This document shows positions 37,844 to 51,744 of a stretch of DNA of 64,000 nt, piece by piece. Source of the stretch: Octopus sinensis (lineage: Eukaryota). The notes under the pieces were generated by a model. That model had not been told where the DNA came from. It did not search any database and saw only the letters and a list, made by a program, of their open reading frames with translations. How positions within the stretch are numbered: position 1 is the stretch's first letter; every line of letters starts with the position of its first letter. The stretch spans positions 186,001 to 250,000 of the forward strand of contig NC_043009.1 in assembly GCF_006345805.1 (NCBI RefSeq), read 5' to 3'. The translations under genes and the position numbers were made by a program.

Positions 37844-40800
37844 ACTTCCAATCTAAAATATCAATATTTTAAAATAAAAAATAATAATTTTAAAATAATT
37901 AAAGTATGAATGAAAAAATATAAATATATAATCCATATATAACCTATATATAATCCATATATAATCAATATATAAACAATATATAAACTAAAATAAACCT
38001 ATCAACAATTAAATATAAAATATAAAATATAAAATATAAAATATAAAACAAAACAAAAAAATATAATAATATAATAATAAACTATATATACAACCCATAC
38101 ACATATACCTAATTATATATAACCATATCTAACTACATACACTAAATCACACCCCTATATATATATCCCTATACATACACATAAAAACGTCTAGGCAACT
38201 ATAAATAAATAAAATAGCTAAATACTTCAACACAATACTTATTCATACTCCCACACACACACACCTACAACCCACATTCACGCTCTAGAAAACGGACATC
38301 ACTTAAAATTATGAACGGAGAAATAAATAAATGGAATTAAAAATTATATTCACTTGGTAAAACGAACACTACTTAAAAATTATGAATGAAACAATGCAAT
38401 AAAACAACAGACATCGCAAATAGACACAAATTACTACGAATTCCTTAACAAACCTACCATGATAACCAAAACTCATAAAACATATAATGATAAAATCTCC
38501 CTTTACTAAACTCTATAACATACCTATATAGCAATCCCCCTAACCTAAACATTCACACAAATACACACACGTAAACCACACACCCACGACATATACAAAT
38601 ACCCACACCACTTACACATACCTACATACATATAAACCTCAACATATACTCCAAAAACCCACTCAACCCCACACAGACAAATAAACACAAAAATTATGAA
38701 TGGATTCTTTTATAAAACTACCATGATAAGCTAAAACTCACAAAACATAAATGATAAAACCTCCCTTTACTAAACACTATAACATACTTATGTAGCAATC
38801 CCTTTAACCTATATATTCACACACAAATACACACACGTAAACCACATCCGTGCGTGAATATACACATGGAGACTACCACACAGGTACAAATGTGTATAGT
38901 AATGGGAGCCCCATCACTACACTCTCATGTATAACTCTCACCCATCCGCACGGATTGAAAGCGAATCTCCGGTGTATATTTGAGGCTTATATGTAGCGCT
39001 GTGGAGTTGAACGTCGTTGAAATTGTGAATGAAGGGTGGAGTTGGGAATTGTAACCGGGTGGTGGGCTAGCGTTGCTTGGAATTGGGAATGGAATAGTGT
39101 AGTAGTAAGGCAGTTATCGAGAATAGATTTGGGTTACTGCAAGTTGTTTGTTAGAGCTGCTAAGATGAGCTAAAGCTCATAATTGTATATAATAATTTAT
39201 TATGGTAGTTTTATTAAAGAATCCATTCATAATAAATTTTTTTTTAAGTAGTGTTGGTTTGCCACGTGGATATAGTTTTTAGTTCCATTTATTCTATTTC
39301 TCCATTCATAATTTTAGATGACGTTTACTTTCCATGGCGCGTATTCTTTTTTACGTAAGTTATATTTCTATGGTAACGTAATTTTGGTTTGGTTTTTTTA
39401 ACGGCTAAGAATTTAATTTCACTTCATAATTTGAAACTGACTTGTAAGTATGTATTTTATTTCTCCTTATGTCATATTGTTATTTTTGATATTCTGGTTA
39501 ATTACGATGTATTTAATGTTGTTTTTTATTGGAGTGTTTATGTATATGAGATTGTGTGTGAGTTTTTAGTTGTATAATTTATTTATCTGTATGAGTGTGG
39601 GTGTGTAAATATTGTTGTATATATCGAGTTTAGTGAGTATGTATATGCGTATATGTGAGGGAGTATATGTATCTGTTGTGTGTGTGTGTTTTGCGTGTGT
39701 GTGTGTTTGTGTGTGAATGTGTATATGGGTTTGTTATTTAGGTTTTGGGATGTATGTGTTAATTTGTCTGTGTGGGGAGGGAGTGGGTTTTTGGTGTATA
39801 TTGAGGTTATAAGTTAGTATAGGTATGTGTATAAGTCGTGGGTCTGTGGTTTACGTGTGTGTTTTTTGTGTGTGAATGTTTAGGTTAGGGGGATTGCTAT
39901 ATAGGTTTGTTATAGAGTTTAGCAAAGGAGATTTTATCGTTATATGTTTTTAAGAGTTTTGGTTTATCATGGTTTTTTTTAGGGAATTCGTGGTAATTTG
40001 TCTATTTTCGTTGTTGGTTGTTTTATTACATTGTTTCATTCATAATTTTTGAGTGGTGTTCGTTTTGCCACGTGAATATATTTTTAATTCCATTTATTCC
40101 ATTTCTCCATTCATTATTTTAAAAGATGTTCGTTTCCAGAGCGGTTATACTTTTTATACATATGTTAAGTTCATTGGTAAAGTAATTTTGTTTGGTGTAT
40201 ATGTTGAGGCTTATATGTACTTGTGGTGTGTGTGAGTGGGTGGGTGTTTGTATTTGTTATGGTGTGTGGTTTACGTGTGTGTATTTGTGTGTGAATGTAT
40301 AGGTTAAAGGGATTGGTATATGAGTATTTATAGTGTTTAGTAAGGGGTTTTATCATTTATGTTTTGTGAGTTTTAGCTTATCATGGTAGTTTTATAAAAA
40401 ATCCATTCATAATTTTTGTGTTTATTTGTCTGTGTGGGGTTGAGTGGGTTTTGGAGTATATGTTGAGGTTTTATGTATGTATAGGTATGTGTAAGTGGTG
40501 TGGGTATTTGTATATGTCGTGGGTGTGTGGTTTACGTGTGTGTATTTGTGTGTGAATGTTTAGGTTAGGGGGATTGCTATATAGGTATGTTATAGAGTTT
40601 AGTAAAGGGAGATTTTATCATTATATGTTTTTATGAGTTTTGGTTTATCATGGTAGGTTTGTTAAGGAATTCGTAGTAATTTGTGTCTATTTGCGATGTC
40701 TGTTGTTTTATTGCATGTTTCATTCATAATTTTTAAGTAGTGTTCGTTTTACCAAGTGAATATAATTTTTAATTCCATTTATTCTATTTCTCCGTTCATA

Positions 40801-41262
40801 TTTTAAGTGATGTCCGTTTTCTAGAGCGTGAATGTGGGTTGTATGTGTGTGTGTGTGGGAGTATGAATAAGTTTGTGTTGAAGTTTTAGCTATTTTATTT
40901 ATTTATAGTTGCCTAGACGTTTTTATGTGTATGTATAGGGATATATATATAGGGGTGTGATTTAGTGTATGTAGTTAGATATGGTTATATATATTAGGTA
41001 TATGTGTATGGGTGTATATATAGTTTATTATTATATTATTATTATTTTTTTGTTTTGTTTTATATTTTATATTTTATATTTTATATTTTATATTTAATTG
41101 TTGATAGGTTTATTTTAGTTTATAATTGTTTATATATTGATTATATATGGATTATATATAGGTTATATATGGATTATATATTTATATTTTTTCATTCATA
41201 CTTTAATTATTTTAAATTATATTTTTTTATATTTTAAAATATTGATATTTTAGATTGGAAGT

Positions 41263-41305
41263 CCACCTGAAGATTGTCGATCAAGACAAAAAACAATTGT
41301 AGTGG
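41263..41305 (+). ncRNA. Minimal hammerhead, family D, with G12 replaced by A (probably inactive or a sequencing error)
   Basis: CCAC CTGAAGA TTGTC-GATCAA-GACAA AAA ACAATTGT A GTGG. Confidence 0.65.
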
Positions 41306-41511
41306 CGGTTTTTTTTACTATTTATTAAAATTTTATGTATTGATTAAGTCTTTCCTTGTTTGTTTTGCAAAATAGTGGTTTTGTCTCTAATAATATTTTA
41401 TAATATTTTACTATAAAATTGGATTTATCCTAAATCTGATTCTTTCCCTGTAAATTTGGATTTATTCCCTAATATTTATTATTTATATATATATATATAT
41501 ATAATATATAT

Positions 41512-41563
<52 letters not shown>

Positions 41564-41599
41564 TAATACATATATATATACATATATAATATATATTTA

Positions 41600-41631
<32 letters not shown>

Positions 41632-42752
41632 ATATATTATGTGTGTGTTAAATATATATTTAAAATAATAAGGGTGAAAAGTTTAATATTAATATGATTA
41701 ATATCAATTTAAAACCAGTGGTGGAGCATATTGAAAAGTCTGAAGTTTCAGAAAAATTATATTACATACATATAAGAAGGATGTTCACTTTCAGTTCAAG
41801 CCACTATTAAAGTGAAAGCATTTGACATTACAATAGAGAGATGTTTTTGTTTCACGTTTGACTCGTAATACTGAAATAGTGGAGAAGATATGATATTGCT
41901 GTGGGTTCGCCCTAGGCAAGAAGTTAAAACATTTTTTGCCCATGACACTACATGGACCCTAAGTAAGGCATGTGTAAAATTTGAATGAAATTGGTTGTGT
42001 AGTTCTCAAGTTTTGGGGATTCACACAGACAGACACACAGTTTTATATATATAGATGATGCTAGGTGTTTCCGTTATTTTGTGCACATATATCTATATAT
42101 ATATATATATGTGTGTGCGTGTGCTTGTGTGTGTGTTAATTACTGTTAATTAGCTGTTAATTACTCGTTGTTAATTTAGCACCACGATCAAAGGAAACTC
42201 TATCAACTAACCGGTTCCGAGATATTTATATTTATGCTAATATAAATATTCTCTAAACGTTAAGTTTTGTTTGTTTGTCGTTCTCATTTTGTGTGCATGA
42301 TGACATCATTATGTAATTTAAACCCGATACCTCGTCCTCAGTTATAGATATGTGCTTTCCATGCATCCCACAGTAACAGAGTTAAATCAGTACAGTTTCT
42401 GATGAGTTTCTGCTTTGGCCTGCTTTCAAGTCTTAATTGTTGGTGATTGGACGAGTGTATAGTAACGAAGTGACAAATATATTCGTATGTATATATGTGT
42501 ATATACAGAACACGTGCAACCTACGGAAAGGTGTGTGTTTCAGTTGGAGGATTGAAAAAGCATATCAAAAGAATTCTACTGTGGAACCTGCTCCCTCTGC
42601 CAGCCACCACAGTGGTGCATTATGCAACAGAATGTGCAAATCTTTAGCCGGAGTCAAGAGTCATTCAAGGGCCTCACATTGCATCATCAATGACTCATTT
42701 CAATGATTCTTTCTAGCAATGGCTTTGCTCGTTTACGAGAAAGCAACTACTA

Positions 42753-42828
<76 letters not shown>

Positions 42829-42940
42829 AAAAACAACTGGATTTGACTCCATGTAACGATGTTTCGTAGGCTCGTAAAACGAACTTTCGAAATGTTAAGT
42901 TGCACAAAGTTAAACCAGATTCTTATTAATAATATATGTA

Positions 42941-43280
42941 AGGGGTAAAGACCCCCTTCGGTCATGAATGACCATGGGATTGCACCTAGAAAGTTACCCT
43001 CCTAGACACAAGTCCGGGCAAGGTTGTTTATGGAAGACCAGCAGTCGCCCATGCATACCAGCTTCCCTCTCCACACCACCAGTGTTATCCAAGGGAAAGA
43101 CAAAGGTCGATACAGCTTGGCACCAGTGACGTCGCAACTCATTTCTACAGCTGAGTGAACTGGAGCAACGTGAAATAAAGTGCCTTGCTCAAGAACACAA
43201 CACGCAGCCCGGTCCGGGATTCGAGCTCACAACCTCACGATCGTAAGCTCGTCGCTCTAACCACTGAGCCATGCGCCTTC
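42941..43280 (-). mobile_element. tRNA-derived SINE family 2, young full copy with 13-bp TSD
   Basis: A box TGGCTCAGTGG, B-box variant GCTCGAATCC; TSD AATAATATATGTA at 42928-42940 and 43281-43293; very similar to 55324-55668. Confidence 0.93.
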
Positions 43281-43585
43281 AATAATATATGTATATTCTA
43301 CCAATTGTGATGAGTGACACATTTTTCGACTATCCACTCATACACACACACACACATACACAAAAAGAAAACGCACTATTATTTATAGTAGCACCAACAC
43401 CTAAAAGACACTATTCATTCAGCTTCAAGATTTCTTCAGTAAATAACAGACTTTGAAGAAACTCCATCCACAGTAACACCAAAATATGCACGTCACAGTT
43501 TACAGTTGATGTCCTTGAAATGCGCGTAGGTCCATGAAAGAATGTTGCAAATAACTCTTCTATAAAATTATAGATGTATAAAATA

Positions 43586-43626
<41 letters not shown>

Positions 43627-43792
43627 GTATCAGTTCGTTTTGCAAGATTCCTGATGTGAAATCTTATGTTGAAACAGATATTGTTATATTATGGGATTGT
43701 CATTTGTTTTTGCCAAATAAACACACGCACTGTATATTTTTCTTCACTCATTTATTACTTTTCTTATTTTAATATTTTAACTCATGTCCATT

Positions 43793-43837
43793 GTCCGGAA
43801 ATCTTTCGTCACATATCTGTGACCTCTTCAGCGAAAC
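43793..43837 (-). ncRNA. Minimal hammerhead motif, family F
   Basis: Minus strand: GTTTCG CTGAAGA G GTCAC-AGATAT-GTGAC GAA AGATTT C CGGAC. Perfect 5-bp stem II; stem III is a near-palindrome with G-U pairing. Confidence 0.68.
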
Positions 43838-44124
43838 CTTTCGTTTTCGTATGTGTTCTTGTTCTACTTACTCCATTCTTTTCTTGTAGGATGTGTATCC
43901 TTATGTGCACATGCGTTTGTGTCACTGTTTGTTTATGCGCGCGTGTGTGGGGGGATATGTATGTGTGTGTGTCATAGTTTTTAGCAGCAGTGTGCCTTCC
44001 CCTCAGTTCTATCCTCTCACCCCATTGTGCTGCTGCTATCCTAAGATCCGAAAAAATCCCTCATCTGCAATACCTATCCCTTTGGTAAGTACCCCTTACG
44101 GAGTAGACTTGTGCTGTATGTAGG

Positions 44125-44460
44125 ATGAATCCACAGGTTAACTGTAAGGTTAGGGATGTAGTGTATAGCTTACGATGTACTGAAGGGCGGTGCAGAAACA
44201 TGACAATTATCTACATTGGAGAGACTGCACGCAGCACAGGAGAGCGTATAAGTGAACATTGGCGAGAGCTCAAAGAAGGGAAAGCTCGTCAATGCTCTAC
44301 CAACATGCTCAGGCAAAGCATGTAGGCTCGATTAATAGCAGGGGTTAAAGTACTATCGAAACAAAGAACTGACACAACACTTAGATTACAGAGGCTACAC
44401 ACATAACAGTAGAGAGACCGAGCCTCAATAGAAAGCACGAAGGGAGCAGAATATCCACCA
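44125..44460 (+). pseudogene. GIY-YIG endonuclease fragment of a Penelope-like element
   Basis: NCKVRDVVYSLRC..C....IYIGETARSTGERISEH, and downstream RPSLN. Confidence 0.8.
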
Positions 44461-44974
44461 CCACATCACACCACATGACTAAAGACAGTAGGGATGAGAA
44501 GAGAGAGGGAGAAAAAACAAAAAAGCGTAAATAATACACAGAAACAGGGTAATACACACACAATATACATATATTCACTTACCTGTGATACTTATGCGAA
44601 ATAGAAATAGATGTATAAAAAACAATAATAAATAAATAACTATATAGACAAATAAATGAATATATATATAGACAAATAGATAAATATATAAATATATCTG
44701 TCGCATAAATGTGATAAATATAAAGCATAAAGATATATAAATAAGTAAATAAAACTATACGAAGGGCATGGATACATACAACATACGAAGCGAACCTATG
44801 CACACACACACAAACGCAAACACATGAAATTTCATGGACGGCCATAACAATGTCAACAACACAACTAATAACGTCAGCAGCAGCGGCGGTGCCAACGATG
44901 CAATAGCAACAACAACTACCACGATGGCAACACCGTGAGTGAACACACATTCACAGAGGAATACAAGAACTGTA

Positions 44975-45830
44975 TCTCTTTTTCTCGGATCTTAGGACAG
45001 CAGCAGCTCAATGTCAAATTAAAAGGAATATTTATTTTGATGTGTGTCGAGTGGCATGAGCTAAAAAGGAGATATTGTTTCGAGTCCGTTGGTTTATGAT
45101 AGATGTCAGTTATAATTTGGTTGTTGACATTTTTTATCATAACATCCAAAAATGGGAGCTGTTCTATGTTATATTCCATTGCTAATTAAATGTTATGGTT
45201 TATATCATTTAGTATGGATTTGAATTCCTGAAGTTTATCAATGGTCTCCTTCCAAATGATAAAACAGTCATCCAGGTATCTTTTCCAGTTTTCTCTTATA
45301 TAATGGTGAAATGGATAACCATAATTCTGCAATGACACTTCGTATATGGGGAATTCAAAATATCCCATTATTAGGTTCGCAAGAACAGGGGCTGCTTTCG
45401 TTTCCATCGCAATTCCACATTTTTGACGATAGTAGGTGTCATCAAATAGGAAATAATTGTGCTGAAGATTAAATTTGAAAGATCCAATAATAAAGATCTG
45501 ATTTATGTGTTCCAAAAGTACTTCGGTATACTTTTCCAACCAGAATTTGATTGCTTTTCTTCCGTACTCATGTGGGATGTTGGTGTAAAGATTGATAGCA
45601 TATATCCTGAATAGGACTATGCTACAACTTTTTAACTCCAGGAAAGTATCTTTTCCAGCTGGTTTATTGACACATGATCTGTGTCCTAGACACAGAAGGG
45701 AGCTGTGAACCCCCTTGCTTACAGTATATCTAGAACAAAGATCATGTGTCGATAAATCAACCGGAAAGGATGTTTGCCTGGGGTCAAAAAGAAGTAATAT
45801 AATCCTATCCAGTACTGTTACTACATCGTT
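44975..45830 (-). pseudogene. Penelope-like reverse transcriptase fragment
   Basis: LYTNIPH, YYRQKCGIAMETKAAPVLANL, WKRYLDDCF, LPFLDV, TDIYHKPTD, YLLFSSCH. Confidence 0.9.
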
Positions 45831-45929
45831 CTCAGTCAGAGATTTAAAACTATATATATATATGATATAAATAATATATAAATATATGCATATATACATA
45901 TATGTACATACCTGCATATACATGTATAT

Positions 45930-46639
45930 ATGCGTGGATATATGGGTACAGGACATCAAAAAACGTGGAACACAATGAGAAACGAAAACATAAAAACAAA
46001 AAATAGAAACGAACTTTTTTTCAAAGAACGAAAAAAACAGAGTATAAGACACAACACAAGGAATATTCCCCTTCTTCAATTGTCCCTGTTTCTTCTCTCC
46101 CTCTCTTTCTCCCCTCTTTCTATTTCTCTCTCTCACTCTCTCTCCCGTTGCTCACACGTGACCATCGTCCATATTCCTTTTCCTCACGTGACCATCTTCT
46201 TTTCCCTGCACTGACGTTTAAACGAGCGAACGTGTTTCTCTCTCTCTCTCTCTTTTCTGTCTTCTCTCTTTTAAAAAAATACGTTTCTCCCGGCGTTCAC
46301 TATTTTCATCTCGTTCTGGTCTAACGACCCTCCATGTTTTTTCTTGTTCGGTTTCTTTGTATGTCTCCACTGTCATCTTTTGTTTCCAGCTTTTGACCCT
46401 CCATAAATCCTAAATTTTATTTTAGAATTTATAGGAGCATAAATTATTATCGTTGAATGCTTGAAACAACGAGGAGTAGATAGACATCTGACAACTGATG
46501 AAGTGTCCTTTCTCTTTGTTAACTTGTCCTGTTTGCCATTCTTTTCGTTCTTTACGAATTTCACTTGTTTTACTCTCGTTTGTTTACGTATGTCATCTTA
46601 TTTGCACCGTTGGTGACGTGCTGCACCCATATATGCATG

Positions 46640-46640
<1 letters not shown>
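45930..46640. repeat. Two related, head-to-head pLTR-like ends with decayed HHR cores
   Basis: Both end in GA(T/C)GT(C/G)CTG(T/C)ACCCATATAT; the plus copy has CTGATGAAG at ~46495 but no intact GAAA. Confidence 0.45.
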
Positions 46641-46696
<56 letters not shown>

Positions 46697-47884
46697 AAAT
46701 ATGTACTTAGATATAAGACCAAAAAGGGTACGGGCGTCGCTATGTATATATATGTATATGTAAAAAAATACAAACTGGGACAAGAACGCAAAACATTTAG
46801 AAGACGATACAAAAAACACGGACGGGACATTCGAAGCCTTCAAGCTTCAGTCAAGAACCGGATCATCCTCGCAATTTCGGCTGATTAATCTTGAGATTGC
46901 TCCGACCTGGCCAGCCCCAAAGGAAAATATAAGCCAAGCGCATTAGATTCCTTGGAAAAAAGCCTCGAATATATACAAAACAAGGACGGGAAAATGGACG
47001 ATGTTACACGAATAAGAATACAAAAATACGTAAAAACAATAATGATAATAATAATAATAACAAAGACAGGAAGTCACAGACAGGCGTCTTTTCGACAGGA
47101 CGAGTAAACTTTTGAGCTGGCGCATTAGAAAAATGCCTTGGGGCAAAGAGAGAAAAACATGTGTCTTGCCGCGACGGCTGCTAACCATGAAAAGGCCGGC
47201 AGTCGGTCAGTTAGTCACGTTTGAGGAGAAGAGTGAGGAAAAGAGGGACAGATGAAGAGACAAAAAAGGGGAACAAGGAACAAAGGAGGAGGAGAAGAGA
47301 GGGAGAGAGAGAGAGAGAGAGAAAGAGACAGATCAAAGTGGAGTGCAAAGTGTGAAAAGCAGAGAAATGTAGGGGAGGGGGGAGAGAGAGACAGTGTTAT
47401 AGAGTCGTACCAAGTTTAAAGAAATATGTACTTACATATAAGACCAAAAAGGGAAGAAAAAATGGAACAAGAACGCGCTGCCGCGTATAGAACTCCCGAT
47501 CGTAAGATCGTGAATTCAATAGTCTAACCACTGAGCCTGGCACCTCGCGCGTACGCACGCACACACACACACACACACACACACAAATACAATCACATAT
47601 ATGCAGGTACAAATACATGCAAACACACACACACACACACACAAATACAATCACATATATGCAGGTACAAATACATGCAAACACACACACACACACACAC
47701 ACTCATTTATATATCGCTGGTATGCACCATTATTAATTGCACCGTGATTTTCTAGAGACAGATGGCGGTGACAAGAAAGTGTTGCTTTTCTCTTGACTAA
47801 TAGCACCGTTTTGTATATGAAACAAAGAATTTTTTTTTTTAAATGGAGGTAGGAAGCTTTCGAACTGAAAATGTGAACATGTGG

Positions 47885-48260
47885 CACAGAAGTGGCTGTG
47901 TGGTAAGTAGCTTGCTTACCAACCACATGATTCCTGGTTCAGTCCCATTGTGTGGCACCTTGGGCAAGAGTCTTCCACTATAGCCTCGGGCCGACCAAAG
48001 CCTTGTGAGTGGATTTGGTAGACGGAAACTGAAAGAAGCCTGTCGTATATGTGTGTGTGTGTGTGTGTGTCTGTGTTTGACCCTCCAACATCGCTTGACA
48101 ACTGATGGTGGTGTGTTTACGTCCCCGTAACTTAGCGGTTCGGGAAAAGAGATAGAATAAGTACTAGGCTTACAAAGAATAAGTCCTGGGGTTGATTTGC
48201 TCGACTAAAGACGGTGCTCCAGCATGGCTGCAGTCAAATGACTGAAACAAGTAAAAGAGT

Positions 48261-48262
<2 letters not shown>
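47885..48262 (+). mobile_element. SINE family 1 full copy
   Basis: Colinear with 9988-10393; internal (TG)n. Confidence 0.9.
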
Positions 48263-48296
<34 letters not shown>

Positions 48297-48770
48297 ATGC
48301 GAGCGGTGATTGTATGTCTGCCTGCGTGATACATAAGTCATAGATTGTATAGTTATTAAAGTTATGTACATAAGGTGAGTGAGCGTCCACGTAATGAGGT
48401 CATTATATTAAAGTTAATGTACTCAGGTGGAACAATAAGTGCAGAAACAATAACATCTGCACATTGCAATCTAGAATACCTGATGTCACCTAATATCCAT
48501 TGTCATCATTATCACCACCACGCCCTCTACCGACGTCATTGCCATTGTGCTAATGCTAGCGTCACCACCACCGCTGCCTGCAACCACTTCGCCACCACAT
48601 CTATCATTGTTCCCGGCTCCGCATATCAATGACGTCGGTAGAGGGCGTGGTGGGGATAATGATGACAATGGATATTAGGTGACATCAGATATTCTAGATT
48701 TCAATGTGCAGATGTTATTTAGAACTTGCTATTGATCCATACTCCTTTGACTGCGTCACATATTTACTTA

Positions 48771-48835
<65 letters not shown>

Positions 48836-48836
<1 letters not shown>

Positions 48837-51556
48837 TATGTTTGACTTTTGCTTTATGTCTGTACAAGTTGGCTCCAAGTCTCACCCAGAGACCTCAAGA
48901 GACAACAGGTTGGAAGTTCTGTGCCATATATTTGGGGGTTTTTTTTGTATTTTTTTTTGTACTAGTGAATGTCTAATACATAAAAAAATAAATAAATAAA
49001 TAAATTAAAAAATTAAAAAATAAAAATAAGAATAAAAAAAAAGTTTGTTTTAAACCTTGGGATTACATAGAGAGTATTTTGCGTAGGATATGAGCAGTTC
49101 CCATGAGCACTATCTTTTGAATTTCTGCCATTTTGGGGTTTCCTGGTATCTGAGTTAGGTAGCAATCAGTCCCTTTCGCTATCATTCCCAGGGCACCTAT
49201 GACAACAGGTATTGTTTTAGTCTTCAGCTTCCACATTTTGCTGATTTCTATTTCAAGATCTTTATATTTGCTCTGTTTTTGGTAGGTCTTGACAGATACG
49301 TTTATATCGATTGGGACAGTCATATCAATGAGGAGGCATGTTCTTTGTCTGAAGTCTTTCAATATGATGTCTGGCCTATTTGCATCTATCTTCCTGTCAG
49401 TTTGAATGGTGAAGTTCCAGAGGAGTGAGATGTGGTCATTTTCAAGCACTGGAGGCGGATTGTGTTTCCACCAGTTTTTTTCATGGGGCAAATCCAGGTT
49501 TTTGCAAATTACCCAGTGAATATATTGTGCAGCTCTATCATGCCTATTGAGGTACTCTGTAGGCGCTAGAAGACTGCATTTGGAGACAACATGATCAATG
49601 GTTTCATTTTGTTGTCGGCATACACGACATGTTGGGCTACTGCCGTTCTTTAATATGTTGGCCTGGTAGTTTCTTGTTGGTAGGCATTGATCTTGAGCTG
49701 CTATGATAAACCCTTCTGTTTCAGATTTTAAGCCAGAGGCCATTAGCCATTGATGGGTCAGGGCTTTGTCGATATCTGCGTTATTCGCTCTCTTTGGGTA
49801 TTTGCCATTGAGAGGTTTTTCTTGCCATTTATTATTCAGAATATCTAAGGCCGCAGTTTTGGCACGGGTTTTCATGCGCCCAGCTTTTTCTGTGCTTGTT
49901 TCTTGTATGTCTATCTCTAATTCCGAAATTGGTTGTATTCGGAATTCACTTAAATATTCCTTTGCCTGTTTTGTGACCGAGTATGATGCTTTCTTGTTTT
50001 CTTGTTCCTCAGACTTTTTCAGGTAGGTGTCTAGGCCAATTGTAGCAATCTTCATTGTTATTGCCAGTTGCAAAAGACCGCGGCCTCCCTCTTTTCTTGG
50101 CAGATCGAGCCGTTCTGTATCTGCCTTAGGGTGGTGCATTCTGTGCATTGTCAACAGTTTCCATATTTTTCTGTCGAGCTGACATATTTCAGTAATTGAC
50201 CAGTTAACAATATTGAAACTGTAAGTCACGACTGGTATGGCTAATGCATTGATCGCTTCGATTCTGTTTCTTGCATTCAGCTCTGTCTTGAGTATTGCTC
50301 TCACTCTTCGATAACATTCTCTCCTGATCCTTTCCTTCATCTCTGAATGCCTTATTCCGTTCCCTTCAATTACCCCTAGGTACTTGTAGCTCTCCGCTGG
50401 GTCTAGTTCTTTTATGACATTCTGCTGGTCAAGGTTAACGTTAGATGTTTCTGTCATTTTTCCTTTGATAAAGGTAGCTTTTGCACATTTATCGAGGCCG
50501 AATTGCATTCTGATGTCGTCACTGAATTGTTTGACTATCGCTAGTAAGCCCTTGAGTTGTTGGTCATTTTTTGCAAAAAGCTTTAAATCGTCCATGTAAA
50601 TGAGATGATTTATATTTTTATCAAACATTTTATACCCGTACTGCGCGTCATTGAGCAGCTTTGAGAGAGGTATTAAGGATAAACAAAAGAGGAGTGGTGA
50701 CAGTGAGTCACCCTGGAAAATGCCACACGAAATTTTTACATCACCAGCATTTAGGGATTCATTGTCACTGTTCAGAGTTAGTGTGGTTCTCCATGATCTC
50801 ATACTTACAGTCAAGAAGTTTCGCAGAGTTGGTGCTATCTTATACATTTCCAGGCATTTCCTAATCCAGCTATGTGGTAGGCTATCAAAAGCCTTTTTAG
50901 TCTATCCAGGCTATTGATAAGTTTTTGTGTCGTTTGTGACAATCTTCTAAGATCATCTTATTGATGAGTAGTTGGTCTTTACAGCCGTAGGATCCACGTT
51001 TACATCCTTTCTGTTCATTAGGGAATATGCTGCTGTCTGTTAAAAAACTATAGGTATATTCCGTCAGGACAGATGTTAATGTTTTGTACATAGTTGTTAA
51101 GCAGGTTATGGGTCTATAGTTTTTTGGTTCATTTGTTTCTTCACTTTTTGGAAGTAGGAATGTTAACCCATTAACTAGCCAAGGAGGCATCCTACTAGGG
51201 TGTTGCAAAACATCATTGTACAGTTCTGATAGCAGTTCATGGCTCTCTGGGAAGGCATTCAGCTAGAAGTTAGGAATTTTATCCTTTCCTGGAGACTTCC
51301 ATTTGCTTGACCTCCTGAGAGCAGATCTTATATCTTCTACCTTGACACCCTCCCACTTTTGCTCTTCTAAGGGGTCCAGTTCTGTAGATATTCTGTCAAT
51401 CCAGGGGGCCTTTTCGTTCTGTGTTTTTTCTTCTGCCCAGATTTTATTCCAAAATCCCTGCACTTCTTCTTTTGATGGTACAGACCTTGCAGTAAACGCT
51501 GTTTTTCCTATATTCCTGTAAAAATTCTTGGTGTTATTTTTGAACATGTTGTTCAA
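48836..51556 (-). mobile_element. R4/Dong-type element family B, 5'-truncated, TAA tracts on both sides
   Basis: ORF 49063-50847 (594 aa): GIFQGDSLSPLLF, YMDDLK, CRVCRQQNETIDHVVSKC, RHD, RPDII..LIDMTVP, KYKDL; RT N-terminal part in 50897-51556. Confidence 0.95.
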
Positions 51557-51581
51557 AAATTTATTATTATTATTATTATTA

Positions 51582-51648
<67 letters not shown>

Positions 51649-51686
51649 CATTGTTGTTGTTGTTGTTTGTTGTTATTATTATTATT

Positions 51687-51717
<31 letters not shown>

Positions 51718-51744
51718 GTTGTTATTATTATTTTTTTTTTCTTC

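Larger units (their letters stand above)
37706..41480. mobile_element. PLE-type inverted structure: ~1.14-kb arms (37706-38846 and 40265-41403) around a ~1.4-kb spacer of diverged internal repeats
   Basis: Arms are near-identical reverse complements; each carries an HHR near its outer end; the right arm continues ~75 bp further to a (TA)n tract. Confidence 0.85.

Noticed and set aside
39160-39188. CTAAGAT GAGC-TAAA-GCTC ATAATTGTA resembling a decayed HHR-D relative
   Set aside because: Lacks G5 and GAA, has no stem I, and is not repeated in the other spacer units.
46495-46560. CTGATGAAG hammerhead start
   Set aside because: No GAAA, stem II or stem III recoverable; at best a decayed remnant.
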